A stretch of DNA of 63,440 nucleotides, counting the filler, from Octopus bimaculoides (lineage: Eukaryota): the NCBI RefSeq assembly GCF_001194135.2. It is 7 parts of 7 records of this genome, joined end to end, with 100 filler letters (N's around TTAATTAATTAA, not from the genome) between each part and the next. Parts side by side here need not be neighbours in the genome. Positions count along the whole stretch, not along the records: positions 10,071 to 24,892 come from NC_068984.1; positions 24,993 to 52,338 come from NC_068982.1; 5 more parts are not named here. The stretch is one strand, 5' to 3'. Shown one piece after another: positions 24,873 to 39,129 of this stretch. Every line of letters begins with the position of its first letter. Position 1 is the first letter of the stretch. Made by a program: the position numbers and the translations under genes. The notes beneath the pieces were generated by a model. The model searched no databases. It worked only from the letters and a program-made list of their open reading frames with translations, and was not told the origin of the DNA.

Positions 24873-26850
24873 CACACACACACGAACACACANNNNNNNN
24901 NNNNNNNNNNNNNNNNNNNNNNNNNNNNNNNNNNNNTTAATTAATTAANNNNNNNNNNNNNNNNNNNNNNNNNNNNNNNNNNNNNNNNNNNNTATATATA
25001 TATATATGTATATAATATATGTATGTGTGTGTATATGTTTGTGTGTCTGTGTTTGTCCCCCCAATATCACTTGACAACTGATGGGGGTGCATTTATGTTC
25101 CTGTAACTTACCGGTTCGGCAAAAGATATCGATAGAATAAGTACTAGGCTTACAAAGAATAAGTCCTGGGGTCGATTTGCTCGACTAAAGGCGATGCCCC
25201 AGCATGGCCACAGTCAAATGACTGAAACAAGTAAAAGAGTATAAGAAATTTCAGTCATCTCATTTCATTGGATTCATCTTTGTTTGTTGTTTTTAGATTT
25301 TTAATACCTCTGGAAGGAATTACACAAACGATCTCAGTGAATCAAAAACATTTGACTCCCTACATTACATATGTGAGACTCTACAGTATTAATATTTTTG
25401 AGACTCAGTGGTTAAGGGACATTTATTTTTTTATAATGTAACTTAGTAGGTCAGTAACAAGTTTTTATGAATGTTTTGAATAGTCAAAGGGATTTGTTAC
25501 CCTAACCCATTGCTCACTCCTAAGCAAATAAACAGAATTAAAACACAGCTATCAACTCGTTCTTGAGTTACACTGATGCTTCACTGCCACTTAGCTAATC
25601 TCAGTTTCTCTACTGCTTTGCTAAATTCTATTAGTGTACATGTAATAGCATGTTGATACTGGGGAAAATATTTCAATAAAATTTTATAGCATATCTAGCA
25701 TAAGATTCATGTAATTCATTATATTAGCTGGGATAAAAAAAAAGAAATAAAAAGACTAAGATCTCGTTTTTGTTATATATTTTTTTTATTTAGATATTTA
25801 TGAGCTAGGCAATGTATATGGTTCTCTGAAAAGACAGTAAAAATAGTGAATGGGAAATTAATAAAAGAACAATCATCTTTCAAAATTTCACTCATTATTT
25901 AATACAACCATATAACATTGGCTAAGAAGTATTGCTTCCTTTTCAAATTGCACAGTAATTCTGTCATCTTTGCTTTATTAAAAGAAATTATTATGGAATG
26001 ACGTATCATCAATTATTAAAATACAGTTTTCAAAAAATAACTATTTTGTACAAAAATCAATTTCAGAAAGCATTCTAAAAATAAAGAATTAAAAATTAAT
26101 AATTTCATGTTGATAGCAATCTTAAAATTTCAAATAATTCATGAAGAAATGTAATTACATGATAAAAACACACACACACATAAAAAAAGAAAAAACTTTT
26201 CATAAAGCTGTTTTCCTTCCAAAGTACAATTTTATTATTAGGTTTACTAAAATGTTTGGAAGAATAATCTGTCTAAAATATATACTTAATCACATTCAAT
26301 AAAGAAATGCATGAGTGATTTAAATCCACATATTTCAGTTTTGTTTTTGTTTTCTTTCATTGCAAGTGAATATGATAATATAATTATAGACAATAAAATG
26401 TAATACTCAACTAGAGAAATATTAGTGCAGTATAATGCTATTGGTACAACATCATAATTGTCTAGAATAAACTATTTACTGCTGAAACCCACTACATTAA
26501 CATTTTTTATTATTTTTGCCTGCTTCATAGGCAGCAAGTTAGCATCTCACTACATTGTATATACTTAGTGACCCTGGAGTAGGTATAATGTCAGTGAGAA
26601 ATGTGTATTTCACCACACATATAATCCACTTGAGGTCAAGTATGTTCTTCAGACGCCTGCATATAATAAGATCTTTAAATGTAGACAGCAGGATTTATTT
26701 TTACCGTCATAATCACAAGACAACATACATTTTAAATATAGTAGGACACTGTTAACAGGATACAAAATTCTCTTCTTTAAATTTCCAAGTTTCCACTACA
26801 AATATGTGTATGGGTGCATGTGGATGTGGTAGATGGAAACTGAAAGAAGC

Positions 26851-26926
<76 letters not shown>

Positions 26927-26928
<2 letters not shown>

Positions 26929-27320
26929 GGCACAGGAGTGGCTGTGTGGTAAGTAGCTTGCTTCCCAACCACATGGTTCCAGGTTCAGTCCCACTCCATG
27001 ACACCTTGGGCAAGTGTCTTCTACTATAGCCTCAGGCCAACCAAAGCCATGCGAGTGGATTTGATAGACAGAAACTGAAAGAAGCCCATCATACACACAC
27101 ACACGCATATATATATGTATATATTTGTGTCTGAGTTTGTTCCCCCAACATCGCTTGACGACCGATGCTAGTGTGTTTACGTCCCTGTAACTTAGCAGTT
27201 CAGCAAAAATGAGTGATAGAATAAGTACTAGGCTTACAAAGAATAAGTCCTGGGGTCAATTTGTACAACTAAAGGCAGTACTCCAGCATGGCTGCAGTCA
27301 AATGACTGAAACAAGTAAAA
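26927..27320 (+). mobile_element. Family-B SINE: tRNA-like head module, (TA/CA)n, 3' module
   Basis: GGCACAGGAGTGGCTGTGTGGTAAG...GGTTCAGTCCC...CCTTGGGCAAGTGTC...GAAACTGAAAGAAGCCC. Similar units at 28030, 31330-32060, 36255, 43135, 47983, 51890 and 54200-55400. Confidence 0.8.
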
Positions 27321-27391
27321 AAATAAAATAATATATATATGTGTGTGTGTGTATGTATGTATAGTAGAATGAAAATTCTGGTACACAAATT

Positions 27392-27422
<31 letters not shown>

Positions 27423-27657
27423 CTGTACAGTGTTTATATATCTATATATGTGTGTGTGTGTGTGTGTGTGTCTGTGCATGCGTAAACGTATTCAATTATG
27501 TTACACGTGTGTGTAGAAGGAAGAAAGCTTAGAATATTATAAACAGTTTATATATTATAAACAATTTACGGCCCTCCATTATTAACCTCCTCTGCCCTTT
27601 TTATGTATGCCTCTATGTGTGCGTGTGGTGTGCGTGCAAACATATATTTGTGTGCAA

Positions 27658-27715
<58 letters not shown>

Positions 27716-28370
27716 TGGCACTATAAATATAGTGTCAAATGTGTGTATGAGGGGGTGACTGGCAGTCAGGCAGGCAAGTAGGCAGGCAAATGAGCCTTGA
27801 CATTGTGAAAGGCTTGTTGGTACTTGTTTGAAGTCATCATCAAGGCTGTTTATAGTCCCTCCTTCCTGATAACAACAATACAATAGACTACTTCAAGGCA
27901 TCAAAGAAGCTTTTCTTAACCTCTTGAGCAAGTTGATTTGACAATTAAAGGATTGGGAATTCAACTGATTCTACTCTATATTTAATTAATTTATATGCTC
28001 AATAGTCTGTTATTTTCACTTTTCTTGTTATAAAGGTGTGGCTGTATGGTAAGGAGCTTGCTTTCCGACCTCATGATTCCGGGTCCCTTGGGTGAGTATC
28101 ATCTACTATAACCTTTGGGCTGACCAAAGGCTTGTCAGTGGATTTGGTTGGCAAAAACTGAAAGGAGTCTGGAGTATACACACATGCGGCCATGCTGGAG
28201 CATCACCTTTAGTCGAGCAAATCGACCCCAAGACTTATTCTTTGTAAGCCTAGTACTTATTCTATCGGTCTCTTTTGCTGAACTGCTAAGTTACGGGAAC
28301 ATAAGCACACCAACATTGGTTGTCAAGCGATGGTGGTGGGGACAAACACAGACACACAAACATATACATG

Positions 28371-28401
<31 letters not shown>

Positions 28402-28448
28402 ATGTTAATTCTCTAAATGAAGTATTAACAGTAACTGCACGATAAAGT

Positions 28449-28532
28449 GTAGTATATTGCCACTTAAGTGTGGCTGACCCCTAGGGGTGGATGTTACTGT
28501 TGCTTTTAGCCCCAGGAGGACATCTCCTCCAG
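28449..28532 (-). repeat. Shared 3' module of the hammerhead-associated elements, cut by a gap
   Basis: Reverse complement resembles 4473-4540, 50480-50566 and the arms of 41429-41583. Confidence 0.6.
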
Positions 28533-29664
28533 NNNNNNNNNNNNNNNNNNNNNNNNNNNNNNNNNNNNNNNNNNNNNNNNNNNNNNNNNNNNNNNNNNNN
28601 NNNNNNNNNNNNNNNNNNNNNNNNNNNNNNNNNNNNNNNNNNNNNNNNNNNNNNNNNNNNNNNNNNNNNNNNNNNNNNNNNNNNNNNNNNNNNNNNNNNN
28701 NNNNNNNNNNNNNNNNNNNNNNNNNNNNNNNNNNNNNNNNNNNNNNNNNNNNNNNNNNNNNNNNNNNNNNNNNNNNNNNNNNNNNNNNNNNNNNNNNNNN
28801 NNNNNNNNNNNNNNNNNNNNNNNNNNNNNNNNNNNNNNNNNNNNNNNNNNNNNNNNNNNNNNNNNNNNNNNNNNNNNNNNNNNNNNNNNNNATATATATA
28901 TATATATATATATTATTTATTTCTCACCAGATGGAGTATTTTTTTTGTTGATCTTATCACCATGGAACATTGCACTATATATTTATATATATATATCTCT
29001 CTCTATATATATATACACACACACTTATATATGAGTGTGTGTGTGTATGTGTGTGAGTGTGTGTGTATGTGTGTGAGTGTGTGTGTCTTTGTTTGTCACC
29101 CATCACTACTTGAGACCAGTGCTGGTATGTTTATCTTCCCATGACTTTGCAGTTTGCTAAAAGGGACAGAAAGACTAAGCACCAGGCTTTGAAAATACGT
29201 ACTGAGGTTGATTCATTTGACTAAAACCCCTCGAGGCGATGTCCCAGCATGGCCACAGTCTAATGGTTGAAACAAGTAAAAGAAAGATGTCTACATCACT
29301 GAAATACTAATTTTTGATATTTACGGAAATATATATATGATATGAGTGAGGAAACTGTGAAGGGTGGTGATTGTGTCTGAAAATGAATGAGACTTAATTA
29401 GTTTGAAATCACAGATCTTTCTTATGTCAGATCTACATGTCCCTTAGAGGATTATTTTAAAGAGCATCTTACATAGATTTAATTAATTCATTTGATTTGT
29501 GCTAATTTATCTAATTTTTCTCATCTAAATTTAATATTCTTTTACTGGCTTTTAGCCAGTGAGTTCTGCTCATTCGGAAGCACCATATTCTATTTTGTGT
29601 GGTTTTCTTTACCATATAGTATGTTTTAATAAATAGATTTTGTTTTTGCCAATTGTTGAGTGTT

Positions 29665-29925
29665 GGGTCTCAGGGAGGCGATGACCAAGACCTTTGGCAT
29701 TATGCTGTGCTTGAGAAGAAAACCCATCAATCTGAGCAAAATCACGGTGGCATTTAAACGCACACTGGTGTCATGCAAAAGCACCCATTACACTCTTGGA
29801 GTGGTTGGCATTAGGAAGGGCATCCAGCCATTGAAAACCATGCCAAATCAGACTGGAGTCTGGTGCAGCCTTCCAGCTTACCAGCCCTGGTCAGACCATC
29901 CAACCCATGCCAGCATGAAAAGTGC
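29665..29925 (+). mobile_element. Family-C SINE-like repeat
   Basis: GGAAGGGCATCCAGC...CCAACCCATGCCAGCATG. Confidence 0.75.
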
Positions 29926-30167
29926 TGGAGTTGGTTCATTTTCTACTCCTTTTTCTTTTGCTTTCTCAGGTTTGACTTCAACAAACAAAATGGTATTTTA
30001 TAAAGAAAAAAAAAAAACTCATGAAGGAAGGCAAAGAGTAACCATCTTATTTCCTTTGAAAATTTTATGACAATCACATAGTACTTGTCCAAAAAGTCCC
30101 TTGAAATCATTTATTACCCTGATGGTACAAAGAAGGAATATTTGGTCTCTATTTTTCACGTTGTATA

Positions 30168-30441
30168 CAGGGTGTCCATAAATTNNNNNNNNNNTAAATT
30201 ATCTTTACAACTTTAACGTAAAAAAAAAAAAAAAATCAGTAAAAAAGATAAGAATAACTCTGCATAGTTTATTAGAAAACATTGGAAAACAAATAAAGTT
30301 TTATTAGAAACACAAGAACACTTCTACATGGTTTCCATTAGCTGCATGCAACCTGCTGAGTTATCCTTATTTCTTCTTTCCGATGTATATATATTTTTTC
30401 TTTTTTTTTTGAAATTGTAAAGATAATTTACAGACACCCTG
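30168..30441. mobile_element. Tc1/mariner-type MITE
   Basis: TA|CAGGGTGTCC...AATTATCTTTACAA and TTGTAAAGATAATT...AGACACCCTG|TA inverted termini with TA TSD. Confidence 0.85.
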
Positions 30442-30900
30442 TATGCTCTGACATACTTAATCTATATTAATTTCAAATTATATTTCAAGTGGTATTTTCT
30501 GTATTTGAGTAGCTAGCTCCATTATATTTCAAGGAAAATAAACTACTACTTATATAATTAGTAGTGTGTCTTCATTTCTTTGTTTGTTTTCTCCTCTACT
30601 TGATATGCATATGAAAAATAATTAGCTGCTATCATACTTTCACTATCACTGTATTTTGTGGAACACTTTACTGGTGATTCAGTTAGTTATCTGAATACCA
30701 AATAGAAATATATACAGGTTTCACTTACATGAATAAATAGTATACCTTAACATCTTGTCTCTTTCACTCGCTTTAGTCATTGGACTGTGACCATGCTGGG
30801 GTACGACAGATATTTGTCCCACGGGCATATAGCGTAGTGGTTAAGAGCGCGGGCTACTAACCCCAAGATTCCGAATTCGATTCCAGGCAGTGACCTGAAT

Positions 30901-31119
30901 CATCATCATCATCATCACCATCATTGTTTAACGTCCGCTTTCCATGCTAGCATGGGTTGGACGATTTGACTGAGGACTGGCGAACCAGATGGCTGCACCA
31001 GGCTCCAATCTGATTTGGCAGAGTTTCTACAGCTGGATGCCCTTCCTAACGCCAACCACTCCGAGAGTGTAGTGGGTACTTTTATGTGCCACTGGCATGA
31101 GGGCCAGTCTGGTGGTTTA
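30901..31119 (-). mobile_element. Young family-C copy nested in the tRNA/hammerhead SINE
   Basis: (CAT)n GTTTAACGTCCGCTTTCCATGCTAGCATGGG...; CpGs retained. Confidence 0.8.
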
Positions 31120-31183
31120 TAATAATAATAATAATATCGAAAAATACCTTAGGAATGAGAACCCAGGTTCAAAATTTCCCCAA

Positions 31184-31228
31184 GACACCTGATGAAGGCT
31201 GGAGGGTATATCAGCCGAAACGTTTGTT
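31184..31228 (+). ncRNA. Minimal type-I hammerhead ribozyme motif
   Basis: GACAC-CTGATGA-A-GGCTG gagggtatat CAGCC-GAAAC-GTT-TGTT. Stem II is a perfect 5 bp, stem III is the palindrome AACGTT, and stem I pairs only with a 1-nt register shift. Confidence 0.65.
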
Positions 31229-31621
31229 AACAACAAACAAGATGAGGACAAATATCCGTCAAATGTAAATAATGTACATAATTCCTCATCTCTTAAATAT
31301 AGAACTAATCGACTCCAGTTCTAATTTTTATTTTAAGCCTGGTACTTACGCTATCGATCTCTTTTGCTGAACCACTAAGTTATGGGGACATGAACACACC
31401 AATACCAGTTGTCAAGCAGTGATAGGTGACAAACACAGACACACACACACACACATATATATATATGTGCATGTGTGTGTATATACGTCTTTGTATCTGT
31501 TCTGCATCACTGCTTGACAGTCGGTGTTGCTGTGTTTATGTCCCTGTAACTTAGCAGTTCGGCAAAAGACTGATAGAATAGCCTTGTGAGTGGATTTGGT
31601 AGACGGTAACTGAAAGAAACC

Positions 31622-31706
<85 letters not shown>

Positions 31707-32427
31707 TACCCCAACGTCACTTGGCAACTAATGCTGATATGTTTATGATGCTGTAACTTAGCAGTTCAGCAAAAGAGACCAATAGAATAAGTACTAGGCT
31801 TACAAAGAATAAGTCCTGGGGTCGATTTCTTTGATTAAAGGTGGTGCTCCAGCATGGCCACAGTCAAATGACTGAAGCAAGTAAAAGTAAAGCATATATA
31901 TATGAAATGCTTCATTCAGTTTCCATCTACCAAATCCACTCACAAGGCTTTGGTTGGCCCAAAGCTATAGTAAAAAACACTTGTCCAAGATGCCACACAG
32001 TGGGACTGAACCCATGACCAGATGGCTGGGAAGCAAACTTTTTACCACACGGCCACAAGCACACTTGTATATAGTTTGTCATTTTATAAAAATGATAAAG
32101 AGGAACATATATTTTATTTCATTGCTACTTTTCAGTGCAGTTTGCCACAAGTAATAAACTATAAGATTGAATATCTATCATCTACAGATTCTCCATGGAC
32201 ACCCATTAGTTTACAATATTTTCTCAACTTGTACGAACTTCTTATAAAATTATAAGACTAATAATGTTCTTTCCTCTTTCTACCATACTATATTTTCTTT
32301 TAATTAACACTCTGTGTTCTTTTTTTCCCAGTCTTTATACATAAACTGTACTCTCAGCCTTTTTTCTTCAGTATCACTTTTTCTGTTGTCTCTATACCAT
32401 TTATTCCCCATTTATTATCCTTTTAAT

Positions 32428-32945
32428 TAAGGTGGTGATTTAATTAACTGCCCCCCCCTCCCCCAAAATTTCAGGCCTTGAGCTTAGAGTAAAAAAGAAT
32501 AAAATGGTAGCATAAGGCGGCGAGCTGGCAGAAACGTTAGCACGCTGGGTGAAATGCTTAGTGGTATTTTGTCTGTCTTTCCGTTCAAATTCCGTTGAGG
32601 TTGACTTTGCCTTTCATCCTTTCAGGGTCGATAAATTAAGTACCAGTTGTGTACTGGGGTCGATCTAATCAACTGCCCCCCTCTTCCCCAAAATGTTGGG
32701 CCTAGTGCCTAGAGTAGAAAAGAATAATATTCAAAGCTGTGAGCTGGCAGAAATGTTAGCATGCCGGGTAGAATGCTTAGCAGTGTCCCATCTATGTTCT
32801 GAGTTCAAATTCCGCTGAGGTCGACTTTGCCTTTCATCCTTTCAGGGTCGATAAATTAAGTACCAGTTGTGTACTGGGGTCGATCTAATCAACTGGCCCC
32901 CTCCCCAAAAATTTTGGGCCTTGTGCCTAGAGTAGAAAAGATTTA
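32428..32945 (+). mobile_element. Three head-to-tail family-A SINE copies, the first internally deleted
   Basis: Repeated GGCC...GCCTAGAGTAGAAAAGA tails at about 32500, 32720 and 32940. Confidence 0.8.
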
Positions 32946-34271
32946 TTATCTTTTTGATTGTATTATTTCTTCCTTCTTAATCATCTATATTTTTGTTTGT
33001 TATTTGACATAACTAATTCTCTCTTTAAATTACTCTTGTGTTTAACAGTGCTTGTGTCATCTCTGTAATGTAATATAGAACATATCTATAGTTTTTTTAG
33101 CCAATGCTGCTTGTTATGACAACTGTAAACAATTCGTTTGATTGTGCAGATAAATTGTTTACAATCAAAGTAACAGCAATTGCTACAAGCACTTAAAGTT
33201 ATCTTCTATAGTACATCATAGTTCTCTTTGTTATTTTATATTTGTAGGTGACACCTTGATTAATTCTTAGTAGTATGTTTGTTTTAGATTGGTAAATTCT
33301 TTAAGCCATATTCTTTTGGTCAATAATGTATGCTTCTGACTTGACTGTTTCTGTCAAACCATCTAACTCATGTCAGCATGGAAAATGGATATGAAATGAT
33401 GATGATGATGATGATATTAGTCGATTGTAGATCACCTAATTTATTACGCATCCTCTTGTCAACTGAATGTCTTAATAAATTCATTTCAGTCTGTCTGTTT
33501 CTCTCTCTCCGAATATTTTGTTTGAAACACATTATTTTAGCATTTATGCTTTTAAAATATAAGTTTAATCTTACTTCCTAAACTATGAATCATTCATATC
33601 AAAGACAATTTCAGTCTCTTATGCTCTTAGTAAAGCATTTATGCAAGTGAAATTTTTAATCTTTGAAATGCTACAAAATCCAGTTAACAGTATACTAAAA
33701 TGCTATCATAAGTTTGGATACAATTGGTTTGAGGGCCTTATTTTGTAATGATCCTATTTCATGGCAATTTATATTATTCTTTTTTTATTGATTGTGAATA
33801 TATATTTTTCAAATGTAACAGATCTATCTTCAAAAATTCAACTTAAGATAATAAAAAAAAATCATTATCTAATTTTTCCTTATTGAATTTTAAAATGGTT
33901 TATCTTTAATTAGAATAGATTAAACTGGGCAATTATTGTTCTTTGTTTTTACATCATTAAATTGATATTTTACTTATTAAATTTATTTTAAGAAAACAAA
34001 ATTTCTTAAATTTGTTAAAGCTTTATATGTGAGAATATTTATTAAAATATTTCACGAAAACAAGCATGATGGATTTTTGTGCTGTTTTAGATTGCATTTC
34101 TCATTTTTTTCAAAATTCATATCAAAATTCCAAAAATGTAAATTCCAACGCTAAATTTTCTTCAAAACCATTCTAAGCCTTTATCTGTTGTGAAAACTGT
34201 TAAATGCAAAAAAAAAAAAAAATGAAAAAAAGAAGAATAACATTTTGGTATTTTGGCAATATACCATACAG

Positions 34272-34315
34272 GGTACTTTGGCAAGGGGGGTGTAAAAAAT
34301 ATTCCCAGTGGGATG
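34272..34315 (+). CDS. Candidate 44-nt exon
   Basis: CATACAG| acceptor and consensus donor ATG|GTGAGT. Open as GYFGKGGVKNIPSGM or VLWQGGCKKYSQWD(x). Confidence 0.4.
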
Positions 34316-34514
34316 GTGAGTGGATTATTTAACTTTTGCTAGTGGTATGTAACCAAGTAGCAAATGCTAATGGACATGTAGAAAGTGCTGGGTCTATATA
34401 ACCTTTGTGCTAACCAACTAAAAAACAAATGGCACCATAACTTTCATTGTAGCAGACAGATTTAATGGTCATATCAGGAAACAGCAGGTTGAGTTCACCG
34501 ATGTGTATAGAGGC

Positions 34515-34825
34515 TATCATCATCATCATTATTGTCATTTAACGACCGTTTTCCATGCTGGCATGGGTTGGATGGTTTGACTGAGGGCTGGTAAAGTTTC
34601 TACAACTGGATGCCCTTCCTAATGCCAACCACTGAGAGTGTTGTGAGTGTTTTTTTATGTGCTATCTGCATGGGAGCCAGTCAGGCAGTACTGACATCAA
34701 CCACACTTGAATGGTGCTTTTTATGTGCCACCAGCGCGGGACCAGTCAGCCAGCACTGGTATCAACCACACTTGAACGGTGCTTTTTACATGCCAATCAG
34801 GTGGTACTGTCATTGGCCACAACAC
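34515..34825 (-). mobile_element. Family-C SINE-like repeat
   Basis: (CAT)n...TTTTCCATGCTGGCATGGGTTGG...CTGGATGCCCTTCC. Confidence 0.75.
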
Positions 34826-34828
34826 TCA

Positions 34829-34864
<36 letters not shown>

Positions 34865-37800
34865 CAAAATAAGCAACAAGGATATCCAAAGTTAATGCAG
34901 TACGATCGTTTCATGCGACGCCATTTATTTAAGCAATGTGAACATTACATCAAATGTAAAATGCAGAGCAATCCTCAGCTGCAGAAAGATATAGAAATTT
35001 AATGAAATTACATTTCAACAGAAGGACATATTTTTATAACTACNNNNNNNNNNNNNNNNNNNNNNNNNNNNNNNNNNNNNNNNNNNNNNNNNNNNNNNNN
35101 NNNNNNNNNNNNNNNNNNNNNNNNNNNNNNNNNNNNNNNNNNNNNNNNNNNNNNNNNNNNNNNNNNNNNNNNNNNNNNNNNNNNNNNNNNNNNNNNNNNN
35201 NNNNNNNNNNNNNNNNNNNNNNNNNNNNNNNNNNNNNNNNNNNNNNNNNNNNNNNNNNNNNNNNNNNNNNNNNNNNNNNNNNNNNNNNNNNNNNNNNNNN
35301 NNNNNNNNNNNNNNNNNNNNNNNNNNNNNNNNNNNNNNNNNNNNNNNNNNNNNNNNNNNNNNNNNNNNNNNNNNNNNNNNNNNNNNNNNNNNNNNNNNNN
35401 NNNNNNNNNNNNNNNNNNNNNNNNNNNNNNNNNNNNNNNNNNNNNNNNNNNNNNNNNNNNNNNNNNNNNNNNNNNNNNNNNNNNNNNNNNNNNNNNNNNN
35501 NNNNNNNNNNNNNNNNNNNNNNNNNNNNNNNNNNNNNNNNNNNNNNNNNNNNNNNNNNNNNNNNNNNNNNNNNNNNNNNNNNNNNNNNNNNNNNNNNNNN
35601 NNNNNNNNNNNNNNNNNNNNNNNNNNNNNNNNNNNNNNNNNNNNNNNNNNNNNNNNNNNNNNNNNNNNNNNNNNNNNNNNNNNNNNNNNNNNNNNNNNNN
35701 NNNNNNNNNNNNNNNNNNNNNNNNNNNNNNNNNNNNNNNNNNNNNNNNNNNNNNNNNNNNNNNNNNNNNNNNNNNNNNNNNNNNNNNNNNNNNNNNNNNN
35801 NNNATATATATATATATATATATATAAATATATACAGATAGTAGTTTCTATCTCAGGACTGACACACTTGTGATTGAGATAATTTATACAAAAAGTATAA
35901 AACATAGGTCTACATGACCCATGTTCAAATGAACCTGGACTGATATGGTTATAAAATTTGTAAAAAGATCAAGTGTTCTGAGGGTTCTGTGTGGCAAATG
36001 ATTTTACCATTCGACTGCACTAGCTTCTTAAACAATCTGCCAGTCTACAATTTACCTATGCCTCAGATAGAACCGGCAGATATGTTTATTTGTTCTTACC
36101 AGGAAATGAGATTGGCAGATACTGTTTACTATACCTAGTGATCTAATTTTGATAAGGAATACATACTCCTCAACATAGATTTATTCTAAATAACCAGAGT
36201 TACATCTAGTTCAAATAACAACAAACACAGACCCTCCCCCAATACTCAATTTATTCGAACCACATGGTTCTGGGTTCAGTCCCACTGTGTGGTACCTTGG
36301 GCAAGTGTCTTCTACTATAGCCTTGGGCCGACCAAAGCCTTGTGAGTGGATTTGGTAGATGGAAACTGAAAGAAGCCCGTCGTATATATGTATATATATA
36401 TATGTGTGTGTGTGTATTTATATGTTTGTGTGTCTGTGTTTACATCCCCGTAAATTAGCAGTTCGGCAAAAGAGACCGATAGAATAAGTACTAGGCTTAT
36501 AAAGAATAAGTCCTGGGGTCGATTTCCTTGACTATAGGCGGTGCTCCAGCATGGCCACAGTCAAATGACTGAAACAAGTAAAAGAGCATACATAATTTAT
36601 ATAATTATTTTATATATTTAAATAAATTCTTTCTTTTGTTGGTGCTAAGAAAACTTCCCACAAAATTGGATAAATTAGGTGTGAAAATCCAGATTTATTC
36701 TTGGTTCACTGAAGAAGGTATTTTCTCGAAGTTTTATTGAAGAATCTTTTTTAAGCTTCAAGATTTTGGCCAACAGATTTTATAGTTCACCTAAAATACA
36801 TGTAGATTAAATGTTAGTTGTTTTACCAGTTGGTTTTAATCTGTATCTTTTAGAAGGCTGTTGATAATACTGCTGCTGTGATAGCCGAAGCACAGCAGAG
36901 GCAGTTGTGGTCATGGCAGTGGTAGTGGTGGTGATGGCAGCAGCAGCAGCAGTGGCGGTGGCTGTGGTGGTCGTGCTAATGGCAGTGATAGTAACGGTGG
37001 TGGTGGTGGTGGTGGTAACCCAGTCAGCGTTTGCATAAATAGATCATTGGCATTCAAGTAAGAAATCAAATGAACAGAAACAACTAATGGATATACAGCT
37101 ATGACATGCTTCACTCTTCTCTGAGACCATGTTACACAGTCTACCATCCAGTGGAGGATGGGTAATGTTATTTTAGGCTGTGGTGCTGCTTACAACATTG
37201 TTATTGTTTCACTATCTAAAACAGCTCTTTCTTTTTCCTTTATATAAAGTTACTAGCCATTGCTACAATAAAATAATTCAAGAGTGAGAACATATTCTGT
37301 GCATGGACATATGGTTAACAAGTAAATAAACTCGAGTGTGGAATACTTATCTTACATCTCTGTATACAGTCTTGTGTAGGTGTGTGCGTGTAAGTGTGAT
37401 TGTATATATATACATATATATATAAATATATAAACATACACACACATATACATACATATATATTTAATACAAATAATATGTGAGTATATGCATATATACG
37501 TACATGTATGTACATACCTACATCCACATGTATATATAGATGCAGGTATGTACATACATGTACGTATATATGCATATACTCACATATTATTTGTATTAAA
37601 TATATATGTGTGTGTATGTTTATATATTTATATATATATGTATATATATACAATCACACTATATATACACACACATATATATATATACAGAGGGGTATGA
37701 CTTTTTACAGTGAAATATGGGTCTCATCTCAGTTATAAGTTTTTTTATATGTATTTTTTTATAAAATTTAATATCTCTCCTTAAGAAATGATACGTTTTG

Positions 37801-38047
37801 TTTTCATTGCTGCAGAAGTAAATTTAGTATCTGATATGTTAACAGTTTCTTAATTGGTTATTGTGTTTCCCAAATGAGATATATAAATGTCAATTTTAAA
37901 ATGAAACTTATTGGAATAATGTTACTCGTTTGTAGATGTGTTAAACTTACTGATTAAACCTGAGAGGTAGAAGTATCAGAATGAAAAACAACAAACGTTA
38001 AAATTTTACAACATATACTATCATTAATGATATCATCACACACATAT

Positions 38048-38095
<48 letters not shown>

Positions 38096-39129
38096 ATATG
38101 TATATCTTGTTGTACACACCTTGTAAGATTACTCATTACATTGAAAAACAAACACTACCACCCATGGCGTTGCTACTTTCAGCACTCTGAATTTGATCAT
38201 TATCTAGAACAAATACAAATGCTTTCTGAATATTAACAAGAAGTAAATTTGTTATCAACGACTCTGTAGGCCACAAATGAAAGATTAGGTAAATGCAAAA
38301 CAATGTCATTGCACAATTTCATGAATCTCAATATTCAATTATTCATTCACATATCTATTTATTCAACTGTTCGTTCATTTAACTATTTATTCCTTTCTTT
38401 CTAAATGTTCTTCTTTCTTTGTCTTGCTATTCATTTGCTTAACCATTTATTATTCTCATACACTTCTTTCTTTATTAATTCCTTTATTCTTTCCTTCCTG
38501 CTCTGGTCAAAGCTGTATTGATTAGTTAATTTACAGCTACCTTTGCCTAGCTTCTGCCAATTTTACCTGAAAGCCATGATTCTCTCTCTTGTCTGTGGAG
38601 AAAAAAAAAAAATCACATACTGTATTTAGATTTAGATTCAATATTTTAACCGCAACTGTTTACAGGAAGAAGAATAAATTGCATCTTTATAAATAGTAAC
38701 AATATCCATCTTAGAATTAACTGTCTTGACTTACTGGGAAATCTCACTACATTATTACACTTTAAAGACCCTTTATTTCTTTCCGGGATATAAAAAAGAA
38801 ATACTTTAGAATTTAATACGAGCCAATAAAGAAACCTTTGCATGGTCATTCAACCTGCTAGAAATAGCAGCTGATTGTCTTCAAATCACATGTTTTAAAA
38901 CATATAGGATATACTGGACAATGTAGTCCACTATATATGAAAAGACTGGAATTTCCTTTGTTTATAGGTTTGCTACAGCTGGGCAAAGGTAGCTGTAAGT
39001 AAATTAATCAATGTGCTTTTGGTAATGAACTTGATCTGAGATTAAACAACAATAGTTTTAACATTCATTAACTTATAACTCTTTTATGATTACATTTCTA
39101 ATAAAATGCCTGGTTGTGTGTTTTTAAAT

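Larger units (their letters stand above)
30823..31305 (+). mobile_element. tRNA-headed SINE with a hammerhead-bearing tail, interrupted by a family-C insertion
   Basis: Head 30823-30897: A-box TAGCGTAGTGG, anticodon-like arm GGGCTACTAACCC, B-box-like GAATTCGATTCC. Tail contains CTGATGA-AGGCTG..CAGCC-GAAACGTT. That head and tail are one element is an inference. Confidence 0.7.

Noticed and set aside
26555-26760. Protein-like frames near 26.6 kb
   Set aside because: No consistent acceptor/donor pair brackets an open frame, and no homology was recognised.
30823-30897. Functional tRNA gene
   Set aside because: The acceptor stem does not pair well, the B-box is altered, and the sequence continues into a repeat body. 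It is better explained as a SINE head.
36860-37060. Gly/Ser-rich coding segment
   Set aside because: It is a degenerate (GGT/GCA)n trinucleotide tract bounded by stops.
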